Assembly: GCF_000143415.4 (NCBI RefSeq)
Contig: NW_003314348.1
Span: 310,422 to 374,421 of the forward strand
Reading direction: 5' to 3'
DNA length: 64,000 bases
From: Selaginella moellendorffii
Taxonomy: Eukaryota; Plantae; Lycopodiophyta
A program made the position numbers and the translations under genes. Position 1 is the first letter of the stretch; each line of letters opens with the position of its first letter. Below, piece after piece: positions 51,638 through 64,000 of the stretch. The notes beneath the pieces are model-generated. The model ran no database searches and was not told the origin of the DNA. It saw nothing but the letters and a program-made list of their open reading frames with translations.

Positions 51638-52034
51638 TTGGGGTTGATGTTGGAGCAATCCGAGCAGCAATTTATATAGAGCTCCTTTCAAGATTCTTGC
51701 TTGTTATGGACACCAGTGTTGAATGGATGAGTGTACTGCTCACTTGCAGCAGCAGCTCAGCTAATAGTTTCCCGATTTCAGAACGAGATTCTCAAAGGCT
51801 CGAAGTATGAGAAGGAAGCTTTCTTCTGTGCTTTGAGAATACATTAGGACATTGAAGTTTACTAATGAAATAGTTAATTTAGATATTGTATACATTTAAT
51901 TATATTATTTCGTGATAGAACACTCATCCATTTGACGGACTTCTGGATGTTTGGAATCAAGCAATTTATATTAGAGCACTCAAACACTTTTCTTTCTTTT
52001 CGTGCGTGACTCAAGATTTTGAAAAGCTTTATGT

Positions 52035-52375
52035 GGCAGTAGCAAGCCTGAGTTCGGAGCTGATGAGCCCTTCACTAAGCTTCTTGCTTACATTCCTTTT
52101 TGGGAGGTTTTGCTCCTAGTGTTCCCTTGATCACCACTGCTGTAAATCAGTTGTTAACTGTTGTAAATTAGTTACTAGCTTCATTGTGGATTTGTTAAGA
52201 TCTTATCCCTTACACCCTAAACCAACTGGTTAAAGGGGTGATGACTTGATTGTAAGGCTTTTTCTTTATCCTATTATCCTGACCTGGTGCCTAACAGGAT
52301 CCAACACAAATTGCTCACCTCCTTATTCTTTTTGTGCTGCTGCTAGCCTTAGTAAAGAGCAGAGAGAGTTATGAC
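52035..52375 (+). pseudogene. Inverted pseudogene copy of the small secreted protein, with 104-bp insertion
   Basis: GADE, VPLITTAVNQLL, DPTQIAHLLILFVLLLALVKS remnants. Confidence 0.7.
52193..52296. mobile_element. 104-bp TG...CA element (mini solo LTR / TRIM-like)
   Basis: TGTTA...TAACA termini; flanks GGATT / GGATC; absent from paralogs. Confidence 0.6.
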
Positions 52376-52733
52376 ACTTCTCCATAAATATTTTATTTAG
52401 ATTTACGTTGGTGCAGCTTTATTGATTTGCTTGTGTACTGTGGACTTCTAGTTCTGCAAAATCTAATCATTTGTATCTACCAGTTTAGTTTAGCCATGAG
52501 TTTTTCTCATGGTAACATCTACCAGAGCAACGGTAGCAAGTACAACCCAGCTCTGCCTGGCAGTGATGAATTCTTAGAAGCAGCAGCACTGGGCCAATAA
52601 CATTCGCTATGATCAATAACAACATATCAACCCCAAGTTCTTCAACAAAAACTTGGGAAATTTTTACCTTTGGTGTTACTTCAATAAGGGTAAAATATAT
52701 TAGGCATTAAACTTTACATGTTTTTGGATAATT

Positions 52734-53243
52734 TTATCCGCTCTTTACGATGGCCAGCAGCAGAGCAAGAAGAACAATTACGAGGCGAGTAATCTGTGTT
52801 AGATCCGCAATCTGTGAAGCACAAGCTAGCAGCTGCTTTACAGCAGTGGTGATCAAAGGAACACTGGATGGACTGACAGGGGCCGAACCTCCTAACAGGA
52901 ATGCAAGCAGGAAGCGTAACAGCTGTTTCAACAACGCAGCTATTGATCCTCCATTCAGGAAGGTCTGCAAGATGGGGAGCACATTCATAGTGAGGGACTC
53001 ATCAGCTCCGCCGGCCATGAGAAGGAGATCTTGGAGGGCTGCTGTCGAACAATTGCCTGAACCTGAACTTGGTGCTGCCATAGTCAACCCTTTTCAAAAT
53101 CTCGCCGAGTTGCGACAAACAGAAGGAAAAGCGAATTGTTTGAGTAGCAAACCTGGGCTCGTCCCAGCAGCAGATGAATCGACCATGTACATCAGAGTTA
53201 TAAGAGCCAGTGTTGACAAGAATACTGGGGAAGAGAGCGCCAT
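52734..53243 (-). CDS. Small secreted hydrophobic protein, copy 2 (exons 53243-53153, 53074-52734)
   Basis: MALSSPVFLSTLALITLMYMVDSSAA signal-like exon; GNCSTAALQDLLL..GGADESLT.NVLPILQ shared with copy 1. Confidence 0.75.
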
Positions 53244-53469
53244 TGCTTGGGTTTAGATGTTTGGAGCGATCAAGCAATTTATATTCGGCACGCTCCTAGG
53301 AGAGAGTGTTAAGTTGTTGCCAAACACGTTGAAATAATTGGTTTGAAGGTAGGTTTATCTCAATGTAATTAGTTTTTACAACCCCCGTTTGTTTAAACGC
53401 GGTTGAGTGTAAATTAGGGCAACAGTTCTTCTCCCTTTTGTTTGCCTTGTGGTTTCCATTTTGGCGAGA

Positions 53470-54352
53470 ATGAGCAGGAAGCCCGGGGATTGGGACTGCC
53501 CCTTCTGCGACCATCTCAATTTCAGCCGCCGCGATTCCTGCCAGCGCTGCGGCGAGCCACGCCCCATGTCCGAGCGGCCCCGCGATGTGGAGTTCATCGG
53601 CAACAGCAGCGGCGGCGGCGGCGGCGGCGGCATGAGGGGTGGATCTTACGGCTTTGGCGGCGGCGGGGGCGGCGGCCGCTCCTCCCTGGCCGGATTCCCG
53701 GCCGAGGATGTGAGGCCCGGGGATTGGTACTGCGTCGAGTGCAATGCGCACAATTTCGCGAGCAGGACGGGGTGCTACAAGTGTGGCGCGTTCCGCGACC
53801 ACGACGGCGAAGTGGGCATCGATCGCAGGTTCGATCCTTCCTCGGACCGCCGAGACTCGTCCTCGTCCTTCTCATCCAGGAGGTATTTTACCTCGCCTTC
53901 TTCCTCGGCCTCCTCGTATGCTAGCGCCGGTGCCGGGGGTGGTGGTGGCGGCGGCGGCTTTGGCAGGTCCGTGTGGAAGTCGGGGGACTGGATATGCCCG
54001 AGGTACTTCTCTTCACAAAACTCTCTTTTGCCAGGATTCTTTATCTTTCGAGAGAAAGGTTCTCCTTTTTCTCTCTCTCTCTTCTTTTTTCTCTTTGCTA
54101 CAGTTTCTTTGTTTCTCCGTTTTGTTTGGCTATGGAACTGGCATTTTCTTTCGTGAATTGATGCTTCAATGGAGGCTGACAAGGCTTTCTTTGGATTTTG
54201 CCAGAACCGGCTGCAAAGAGCACAACTTCGCCAACAGGGTCGAGTGCTTTAGGTGCAATGCTCGTCGCGAGCCAGGTGAGTTGGAAAAAAAACCGACTTT
54301 GTTTCTTTTCTCTTGTCGTTGCTGATGGATCCCTCGTCGTACAGGCATGTAA
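53470..54352 (+). CDS. RanBP2-type zinc finger protein (3 fingers, Gly-rich linkers)
   Basis: GDWDCPFCDHLNFSRRDSCQRC; GDWYCVECNAHNFASRTGCYKC; GDWICPR|TGCKEHNFANRVECFRC. Confidence 0.9.
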
Positions 54353-54455
54353 ATTTGATAACAATTCCAACACGGATGTGATTTGTCCCGGCAGCCGCAT
54401 TTGTGTCTCTCTCGTCCAGCATCGAGAAGAAGGTGAAACTCCGTTACCAAGAAGA

Positions 54456-57400
54456 CTAGAGGTAATAGTAGTCGCTGAGCATGACTCTTTGCTGGAGATC
54501 GTCCTCGTAAAACCTCCTCCCCTCCTCAGTCTCTAGCAGCTTGTCCAGGTTCTCTTTGTTCTGTTTTATTCTTTTGTCCATGTACTCCCAGGCTTCGTCG
54601 CTCACGCGTTGGACCTGGGAGAGACAAGAAATATATATGAGCTTGTGATTGATCAACACGAGTATCTCGAGTACCTGTCGTGGCTTTGGCGCACCGAATG
54701 TTGCGTATCCAACATTTCCAGGATAATAACTTGCTCTTCCAGGAAGAGAAGCACCATAAATCCCCCAACGGCCTTCATAAATAAGCGCATCGTATTCGTC
54801 CACTGGATAGACAACAGGCTGCAATCCAATCCAAATAGTAATTATCCATAAGAAAAAAGAAGAAAAAACAAACTTCTCGTACCTGGGGAATTCGTGGTGA
54901 TTTGTTGAAAACCTCCCACATATCTGCAGCTTGAAGCTCTGTTTTCTCCATAAGTCGGTCTACGAAAAGAACCAACTTACGAGCTTGAGCAACAAAGAAA
55001 ACATAAAAAAGTAAGGAAATGCATTACCTGCCATGGTTTCTAGAGCAGACCGATACTCCAAGAGCACCGACGTGCACTTCTCAATGGCGTATCTCATGTA
55101 TTCATCTCGTAGCGCTTGAATTTTTGGATTCAGCTGCAAGAAGTTCTCCGTTGTTAAGCCATGATTAGAGCAAGCAGGTCCTCTTACATGAACCAGGACG
55201 TCCTTTCTCGTTTTGTAGTATGTCTTGCCCAAGGCAGTGAAACCCGTCTGAAAGATTAGCCGATCAATGAGAGCTCCAGCTTGGCCAAGAAAAGATCCTG
55301 ATAACCAAGAGGTATTGTCTCTGCCAAAAATCAGCTCTTCTACAATTCTGGCTGCGGGTTCATCAAAGTGAGCAATAAATTTGATGGACGAATGGAAGGA
55401 AACTTACGAGCACATAGTCGGACAGCAGCATCTACATACTCTTGCTTCTTTGAGTAAACAAAATCCGGGGGCTCCGCGTATTGCATGTTAACAGTGGTAT
55501 CCATTTTACGGATGTTAGTCTGAAGCAAAAAAAGTAACATTATTCCTGGAGATAAAACGGCAATATACCTTTATGAATGGAGTATGAGGATTCGGGAAGT
55601 AGCAGTCAAGTACAGCAACAGCAGCTTCTCGATACGCTAACCTAGTGCGAGCTTCGCCAGTTTGATCTAGCACGTCTTCCTGGCCAGTAGCAAAAGACCC
55701 TCCTTGCTGCAGGAGAAAAGAATTCAGCACGGCAACTAAAATGCTCGTGGCAGGAAACGTACTCTACTTATTGCTTCTTCGAGTTCCGCTTTTTCAATGA
55801 ATTCCTTGTCATGCCGTATTGCTAGAATGACTGCCTCGTTTCTGTAAGACTAGAAAGAGTGAGAACACAAGTGGCTGTGCAACTTACAGAATATTAGCTA
55901 GTTCCGCTCCACTAAAACGGTTGGTCAATTTGGTAATATCTTTCAGCAATCTGAGCTTCTCTTCCTCCGACTTAAACGGTTTGTTTTTAGCATGAACCTG
56001 ATGCACGAACAGTAAGTAGCGATGGATAAAACTTGGCGAGAAAAGTAAACCTTTAAAATTTCTAATCTTCCTGCTTCTGAAGGAAGCCCCACTGCCATGA
56101 TTTTGTCAAACCGTCCTTTTCTCAGGAGAGCTGCATCAAGCATATCAAGCCTGTTGGTCGCTCCGATGACCAGCACCTGGACAAACATTTGTAATCAGTG
56201 CCGGATTCATAACTGCAAGTAACGTAAGATACGCACTCTTGATGACGTGAGGCCGCTCTGAAATCCATCAAGCTCGGTTAGCATTTGTATAAGGCCCTGC
56301 TCACGCTCCCTACCTCCCTGCACTTCAAGAGTGAACAACTCATCAAGTAATAGAAGACGGCCTACGTACCCCTCCAACATCATAGTTTCCACGCTTTCCA
56401 CCAATAGCATCAATTTCATCAATGAAAATGATTGATGGAGCAAAGTTTCTTGCTCTGGAGAACAGATCTTGCACACGAGCTGCGGCAACCCCGGCATACA
56501 TCTAGAGTGTGACCGCAAGTTTCGGTTAACAAGACATGATACGAAATATATGGAAAGCTTACCTCAACGAACTCGGCACCACCAACAGAAAAGAACGGTA
56601 GTCCAGCCTCGCCAGCAATTGCTCTAGCTAACAATGTCTTGCCAGTCCCTGGAGGCCCATGCAGCAGCACGCCTTTGGGAACATAGACCGTAGGATCTTC
56701 TTTGCTTTCCTTGAGCAACTTCACAACTTCTTGAAGCTCAGCCTTGATATAATCCTGTCCGGCAAAGTCGTCAAAAGTTACGCCTGTTTTCTCCTCGGCC
56801 GAGAGAAATCTTGCTCTGGAAATTCAAAGAAAGACTACTAGATCAGAACCAAAAGATTCACTGCTTGATTTACCTGCTCTCACCAAGTGCGCCAAGCACG
56901 TAGTTACCAGCTGTGAGATCGCGCTCTACATTCCATCCGCGATCTAAAGGATCTCTAAACCTGGTGAAGTAAGACAAGGACCACTTGAGAAAGAAAAAGA
57001 CCGATGCTGCCAGTGCCACCCGCATCCCCCAAACGGTGACGATTTTAGCCTGTGGATAGAGCTGGTTCGCTATGGTGTTCGTCTTGATCACTTTTATGTC
57101 CTTGAGCTGCGGATGGAGAAGCTTCCAAACGTCGCTCATGCAATCACCCGGCATTTTGTCAACCCAGTGCCGCCTGTAGACGACGGGCCTTTGCTCTACG
57201 ACTGTCACTCCATCTTTGACAACAAGCTTTCGAGCAGGCTCGTCGGCGGCCTTTCCGTCCACAAAATGTGGCAGTAGAACTGGCGAAATGAAAAGCTTGC
57301 AAGTAAGCCAAGTGAAGAGACACAATGCTACGCAAACACTTACCAGCAATGTGCTGCCCGTAATTCGCGTACTCGACGTACTCCACCTTTCCTGCTTCCA

Positions 57401-57929
57401 AGAGCTTCCAGAATTTGCTAAAAGCAATGTTTTGCCCGGGCTCGGGATCCAAGTGTGTTCCCCTGAGAGCGCCTGAGAGCCGCTTGTGAAAAGTTCTCCA
57501 TAACTCGAGCTGTTCTTGTTCGCGGTCGATCTGAAGTGCTACTTTCCTGTCCATTTCCAGCTGCTTGTCAATCCTTTCCTTCTCTGCCTCGGATACTTTC
57601 TAAGAAACACACAAAAAGAAACCAGAGCTAAGTATACAGAGTCTTGTGAGAAAAAAATTTAATACCTTGAAGATTTCTTGCAATCTCTCCTGTTCATCGA
57701 CCGCGTTTTGAGGCTCTGCCAGCGGCTTAGAACTCAGATTCTGGCCCAGCCAGGCCATTTTGCTAGCCGCAAGCCCCTCTTTCTTGAGGGGCATCAAATG
57801 CCCTCTCCCAACGGGCAATTGATCTGCCATACCTCGACACGGCAGCGCATTTGGCATCGAAAATCTCCGGATCGCATCGACGCTCCTCCGCCCGTCATGG
57901 CGCATCCGCCACAGGCAGTAGTCGCCCAT
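54456..57929 (-). CDS. FTSHI4: Proteolytically inactive FtsH-like AAA ATPase (FtsHi4-like, chloroplast), many exons
   Basis: Walker [36 protein letters not shown]; HExxH replaced by [12 protein letters not shown]; C-terminal [29 protein letters not shown]. Confidence 0.88.
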
Positions 57930-58001
57930 GGCTCTAAAACCTTATCCCCATTTGAAATTTTTAGGGTTCTTGAGCTAGGGTTTTAGCGAAAGAGGAGAGC
58001 A

Positions 58002-58422
58002 ATGCACAAGGACACGATCTTGAAGCTTGCCAGGGGATTCCGGGGCCGCGCCAAGAACTGCATCCGAATCGCCCGCGAGCGCGTCGAGAAGGCGCTGCAG
58101 TATGCGTATCGCGATCGGCGCAGCAAAAAGAGGGACATGCGTAGCCTGTGGATCATGAGGATCAATGCGGGCGCGCGGATCTATGGGGTAAGCTCTCACA
58201 TTCTCGTTTTGAGAGATTTTTTCGAGAGGTTCATCGCTGGTCTCGCAGCTGAGGTACAGTAATTTCATGCACGGCCTCAATCGCGAGAACATCCAGCTCA
58301 ATCGCAAGGTTCTTTCCGAGATCGCGATGAACGAGCCTTACTCCTTCAAATGCTTGGCCGATATCAGCGATCAAGCCATCAAGGCCAAGGCCGCCGCTGC
58401 CAGGCCCAAGCTTGTCCCTTGA
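58002..58422 (+). CDS. RPL20: Ribosomal protein bL20, nuclear-encoded mitochondrial type, 2 exons
   Basis: [47 protein letters not shown]; [21 protein letters not shown]; telo-box TAGGGTTT at about 57977. Confidence 0.93.
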
Positions 58423-58499
58423 GAAAAAAAAGGAAAGGAAAACGAACTATTTGGCCCCAAGAATTTTAGGGTTCTTCGTCTTCTCCAGGGTTTGGATCG

Positions 58500-59363
58500 A
58501 TGAGTGGCGGTACGCTATCGGATGTCTACCAGCAAGCTCGCGTCTCCCTCTTCAAAGTACGCGATGGTTTGGAGAGGCTAGAGCGCTTAGAATGCTCCAC
58601 CAGTAGCAGTAGCAGTAGCCCCCGCGATGGAACTCTCTCCGGATCCGAGATCACCCAGTCAGTGAAGCGTGATCTAGGCCAGCTCCAGAAGTATAGCGAG
58701 GAACTCGATCAACTGTGGCGGCTCCAGCTCCAGAAATCTCAGCGAGACTTGTGGAAACGGTGAGTTTTAGATCTCTTTCTTGGTTTGTACTTGATCTTGC
58801 TGTGGATCGATAGGAAAGTAGAACAGGTCCTTGAGGAAGCTGATTCCTTGAGGCTTGGACTGGAAAAGTATCTTGGTCGCCAGCATCGACGTCAGATAGA
58901 GGCGCAAGAGCGAGCAGATCTTTTCAGGAGAATGGTTGGTCACTTGTGATTCTTGTCATCTATAAACTCGTTTGGTGGCTTTCTTAGAATGGAGACTCGG
59001 CACAAGTGCTCCAAATCTTTGACGATGAGCAGCAAGCTATGCGATCCTTGCAACGCTCGTCCAATATGCTCGAGGAAGCCATGGCCGCTGGAGTGGCAGT
59101 TCTTTCGAAGTATAGTGTCCAGCGTGACCGTTTAAAGGTAAGCGCACGTTTTTGGACTTCGAGAGAAGCGTGTAAATAATTGTTGGCGTGTGTTGTTGCA
59201 GAGTGCTCAGCGTAAGGCATTGGACATTCTCACAACGGTGGGATTATCCAACGCTGTTTTGAGAGTTATCGAGAAGAGACATCGCATTGACAAGTGGATA
59301 TCCTACACGGGAATGATCGTAACGATTGTTGTGGTCATTGCGGTGTGGATGTGGGTACGCTGA
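58500..59363 (+). CDS. MEMB: Membrin (Golgi Qb-SNARE, MEMB11/12-like), 4 exons
   Basis: RDGLERLERLE, QRDLWKRKVEQV.EEA, QRDRLKSAQRKALD.L.TVGLSN.VLR.IE.R..DKWI plus C-terminal TM. Confidence 0.92.
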
Positions 59364-60602
59364 GCCGATAATATACGAGGGTGCCATTTATAATACTCGT
59401 TTTTTTTTCCCAAAGGTTTCTTTGTTTTGTTTGTTTGGTTTTGTCACTTCTAGGTGCGATAATAAGATGGCTCCATTAAGACGTCGATATGAAAGTGCAG
59501 TATCCATCGAGGTAAAGTCGTCTCGACGATGAATCAGTTTTATCTATCCAGGCTAACTAAAGTTTTGTAGGACAAGTCCTTGCCAGATGGAGATGGCCAG
59601 GAGCATTAAATTGAAACTCGGCAGTCATCGTCGAGAACAAACTTGTGGGGAGCTGGCTTCTAATAATCTCGTGGCCCATTTCACTGAGATGTGAGGTCCA
59701 TCGTGGTTACAGCGAAAGCTGGCCGAACGGACTTCACTCCGTGGGTTGCGAAGTCTTTGAAACCGTGGGGACCGGTGCTGCCATTGCCATAATTTCGAAC
59801 GAATGGTCGGGTGGCTTTCATCTGAGAAGTTTTCTCAGCGAGAACAGTGATAGCAGCAAAAGTGATTGGAACAGGCAGGTTCATTATCACCATGCAACCG
59901 AGGCTCCTCCTCACGACACTTTTTTCCCTTTGGCCACTATTGCTTCTGCCACTGTGCTACTGGAGGAGAAGACTGCAACGAAGTGTGGGCTGCCTGCGGT
60001 CACAGCTATAGAAGGGATTATCCGAGAGGCGGGAATCTTGAGCTGCAGCTGGGAAAAAGAGATATTCAGCATTTTTACATTAGTTTTCGCTCGGATTGTC
60101 CTGCGTACTTGGAGAATCCAGCTACCGGAATGCCATCAGAATCAGAAGAAATGTTTTTAAACGACTGGGTGGAGCGGTGCCGTGCTGCCGCGGGGACAAA
60201 ATAGTTCATAGCAGGTTGGCAGTACAAAAACAAGGGGACAATAGGAGGAGGAATGGCTACTCGGGTGACGATCGGGAAGCTTGTCCTTGAGCGGGGATTC
60301 CTTTTACCAATCGCTTTCAACGGGACAGTCCACAGTTTGGTCCATCCCTTGCTCCTCCGTTATCCGGCTCCGTTTATGCAGTGAGGAGTGGTGCTGCTCG
60401 AGCTATGTATGGAAACTGGCCTCTTCCACCGCCACAGATTTTGCTGCTCGCTGGCCTCCGTCGCTACTTAGCTGCTGTGCTGCGTCGTCGACACTCCCGA
60501 CAGTCTTTTCGATTGCTCAAGGCTTCCAGACATGCTCGCTGGTGATTTCAGGACATCGGATCGAGAAGCTCGGATGCAGTAGTGGACAGGCAGTGAAGCA
60601 GA

Positions 60603-62953
60603 ATGAACGACGATCGGTCTACAAGCTCCGAGGATGGAGACAAGCTTGCGGGGAAATTCAGACGGGTTTCTTCCTCGGACTTGGAGTTCCGGGCCAGCGG
60701 GAAGAGCAATGTTCATAGGCTATACAAGCAGGAGCAGGACAAGTCAAAGCAGATGAAATTGGGAAGCAAGGTTGATGGCTTTGAGAGGCAAGGACAAGCA
60801 TGGTACGTATTTTCTGGCTTTCAGTTTTGCATCGCTTGGATAGAATGAAGCCGCATAGCCACACATAAATTCGGAAAGAAACTTTGCCATAATAATTGCC
60901 GGGTGCCTGGTTTCTGGTAGTTTCTTGCATTGATCTAGACCGTATTCATACTCGTTTCCCTGATAATTTTTGCTATGGATTTCACCAGGTTTGTGGCTAC
61001 GGAGCTACAGAGCGACCTGGTGGTACAAGTAGATGATCTCAAATTTCATCTTCACAAGGTAAGCAGTAAAGAAAGAAAGCCGAGAATTGTGAGCTTACTT
61101 GTTGTTTTTGTAGTTTCCTCTTCTGTCCCGGAGCGGTCGTCTGAACCGGCTAGTGTTTGAGTCCCGAGACACTGAAAAGGACCATATTGATCTTACTGGG
61201 ATACCAGGAGGCCCGGACTCTTTTGAACTTGCGGCCAAGTTCTGCTATGGAATGGCGATTGACCTCACGGCAGCCAATGTAGCAGGACTGAGATGCGCCG
61301 CAGAGTACCTGGAAATGACTGAAGACCTTGAGGAGGGGAATCTTATCTCGAAAACCGAGGCGTTTCTGAGCTTTATGGTACTGGGGTCGTGGAAGGATTC
61401 TCTTACAGTGCTCAAGTGCTGCGAAAAACTTTCACCTTGGAGTGAAAACCTCCAGCTGGTCCGGCGCTGCAGTGAATCAATTGCGTGGAAGGCCTGCACA
61501 GATACGAGAGGCATCAACTGGTCCACCATCGGAAAGGAATCCTCGAGCAGGAAGAGCGACAGTCCAGAGTCGAACGAGATGAGAAGCTCGGAGGATTCTA
61601 AGAGTGTTCCGGCGGACTGGTGGTTTGAGGACCTGCTGACGCTCTCAGTCGACCATTTTCTCAAGGTGATCGCTGCTATCAAGGTGAAAGGCATGAGGTC
61701 CGATTTACTTGGAGCCGTGGTTACGTCTTACGTGCTAAAGTGGGTGCCGGGGTTGTCGAGAGACACTGGCTATTTCAACGCCGAGAACAACATACACATG
61801 ACAGCCTCCACAGGACAGGACGATTTTACAGTGCTCCAGAACAAGACTCAGAAGCTGCTCGAGAACATCGTGGGAATTCTTCCGCTCCAGCAAGACACGG
61901 TCTCGTGTAGCTTTTTGCTCCGGCTGCTCCGAATCGCAAACATGCACGGGACGAGCACCGCGTGCAGGGCGGAGCTGGAGAAGCGGGTTGGCATGCAACT
62001 GGAGAACGCCTCTCTCGCCGACTTGCTCGTCCCGTCCTTCCTCCACACTTGCGAGACACTCTACGACGTGGATCTCATGCAAAGGCTGCTGCAGTACTTT
62101 TTGCTCCAAGAGCAAGTAACTCAGGCCAGCCCTTCGACTCTGGAGCAGCAGCTGGGCTTCGATGGAGCCATGAGAAGTGCCAAAGTTAAAGTGGCAAAGC
62201 TACTTGACGGCTACCTCTCAGAAGTGGCACGAGATCAGAACCTCTCTCTGGCAAAGTTCCAGGCGCTCGTGGAAGCTTTTCCAGATTCAGTCCGCACTAG
62301 TGACGATGGACTGTACAAGGCGATCGACACTTACCTGAAGGTTTTCTTTTCCACGGGTATTTTCGGTTTAACAACCAAACTTCTTCCTGTTTTTACAGGT
62401 TCATCCAGGCTTGACCGAACTCGAACGCAAGCGACTCTGTCGCGGGATGGACTGCCAGAGGCTTTCGTCGGATGCGTGCTTGCACGCTTCACAAAACGAA
62501 CGCCTCCCACTCAGAGTTGTGGTCCAGGTGCTGTTTAGCGAACAAGTGAAGCTTAAGAACGCTCTAAGCCCCGTGTTTGGGAAGGACATGGACGGGTGGG
62601 ACAATCCGCAGCAGGGCGATGGCTTCCATCCTCTCGTCAGCGATAGCTGGGCACAGGAACTGAAGGCGGTGAAAGCCGATTTGGAGCAAGTGAAAGAGAA
62701 GCTTGCCGAGTTCCAAAGCGAGTACTCGCTCGTGAGGCAGCAGCTCCAGAAATTACTTGGGCCAAAGGAGAAAAACCAGCATTCGTCTTCGTCCTCTTCG
62801 TGGAGTATGGGGTGGAAGAAGCTGAGACGAGCCTCCAACTTGTTCCACAGGGACGGCATGGATGATCCAGAGCAGCGGCCAAGCTACGTCGTGCAAAAGG
62901 ACGCCATTGACAACGTAGCCAAGCCTCGACTTCGTAGGAACTCCCTTTCGTAA
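60603..62953 (+). CDS. NPH3: NPH3/RPT2-like BTB-NPH3 protein, closest to NPH3, 4 exons
   Basis: [83 protein letters not shown]-terminal RRNSLS (RxS). Confidence 0.9.
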
Positions 62954-63875
62954 AGAGACAACAACTTGTTTTTTCGAGGAAAAGCACCTCATGGACCAGC
63001 TATAAATTTTAAAACTTCAGGGAAACTGGAGTCCATCTTTTAAACTTAAAATGCAATATCATTTAATGGCTTTAAACTTCAGTGGCATTTAATGTTTTCA
63101 GATTATTCTTAAACTCATTATTATTATAATATAAACAAATACACCAATCAACCTAATCCTAAATGCAAAGCTTGATAATGGGATTAAATTTCATCACTTA
63201 TGAACATTCATAATTATTAGAAATATTAAATTTCTTAGAATATCTTAAGGATATGTATTTTGATAACCACACTACATTAATCAAAGGATAGTGATAAAAA
63301 ACTCATTAATTAGATTTATATAATATGAAGTTACAATCATTTTATAAAGATACAAAATATATTGATCTCTAACAAAACTATTCAAAGACCAAATCACAAT
63401 ATTATGATTATAATATAATATAATTTTTTTATTAATTTAAATTCTAAAATTTAATATTTATTAAAAAATTTATTCTATAAACCATTTTAATTTATTTTTA
63501 TATATATGCAACTTATATATAAATATAATAAAACATTCTCATTTGGAGAATGTGAAGCTTTTAAGTAATGAAAAGAAAAGTTATATTTTATAAAACATTA
63601 AAATTTTGAAATCAAATTTCTTCTAAAATTTTTTTAAAGTTAAAATTTTTAATAACATATTTAATTGAAATACTAATAAAATAAATGTTACACACAAATT
63701 TTATATAGTACAATTTGCATAAATTTTTAAAAAGAATTTAATATTAACTTCAGATTCATATTTAATGAGTTGTTGAATTTACATAAGATTCATCATTATG
63801 CATTCTAGATTTATTAAAAATATATTGTAATACATAATTTTTTTTTTATATTTTAACACTGTGAGGTTTATAAAT

Positions 63876-63880
63876 ACATG

Positions 63881-63964
<84 letters not shown>

Positions 63965-64000
63965 CACATATATATATATACACATATATATATATACATA
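63876..64000. repeat. (TA)n/(TACA) microsatellite within AT-rich block 63000-64000
   Basis: Direct sequence. Confidence 0.95.

Noticed and set aside
63779-63985. 68-aa IYIY ORF
   Set aside because: Translation of a TA microsatellite

Overview
Eukaryotic (plant nuclear) DNA. Very short (about 45-90 bp) introns, tight gene packing and PLS/DYW PPR genes point to the lycophyte Selaginella (inference). 1-31 kb is a retroelement nest. It holds the pol end and 3' LTR of a Ty3/gypsy chromovirus whose integrase appears to carry two spliceosomal introns. It also holds three nested or tandem copies of a non-autonomous LTR element (about 0.9 kb LTRs, tRNA-iMet PBS, PPT, decayed antisense ORF), a 5'-truncated LINE piece with a 17-bp TSD, an LRR pseudogene split by a deleted gypsy element, a 2OG-Fe(II) dioxygenase gene plus pseudogene, and AT-drifted relics. 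31.8-63 kb is gene-dense: two PPR genes, three GARP/MYB-CC transcription factors, a plastid membrane protein, YCF54, a Ser-rich protein, a three-copy small secreted protein family, a RanBP2 zinc-finger protein, FtsHi4-like, RPL20, membrin and NPH3. The most notable observations are (i) two frame-restoring GT-AG introns inside a retrotransposon integrase and (ii) eight P1BS (GNATATNC) sites in about 340 bp upstream of a MYB-CC gene that has an altered SPX-binding surface and a C-terminal EAR-like motif. Exon boundaries were read by eye and are approximate where stated.
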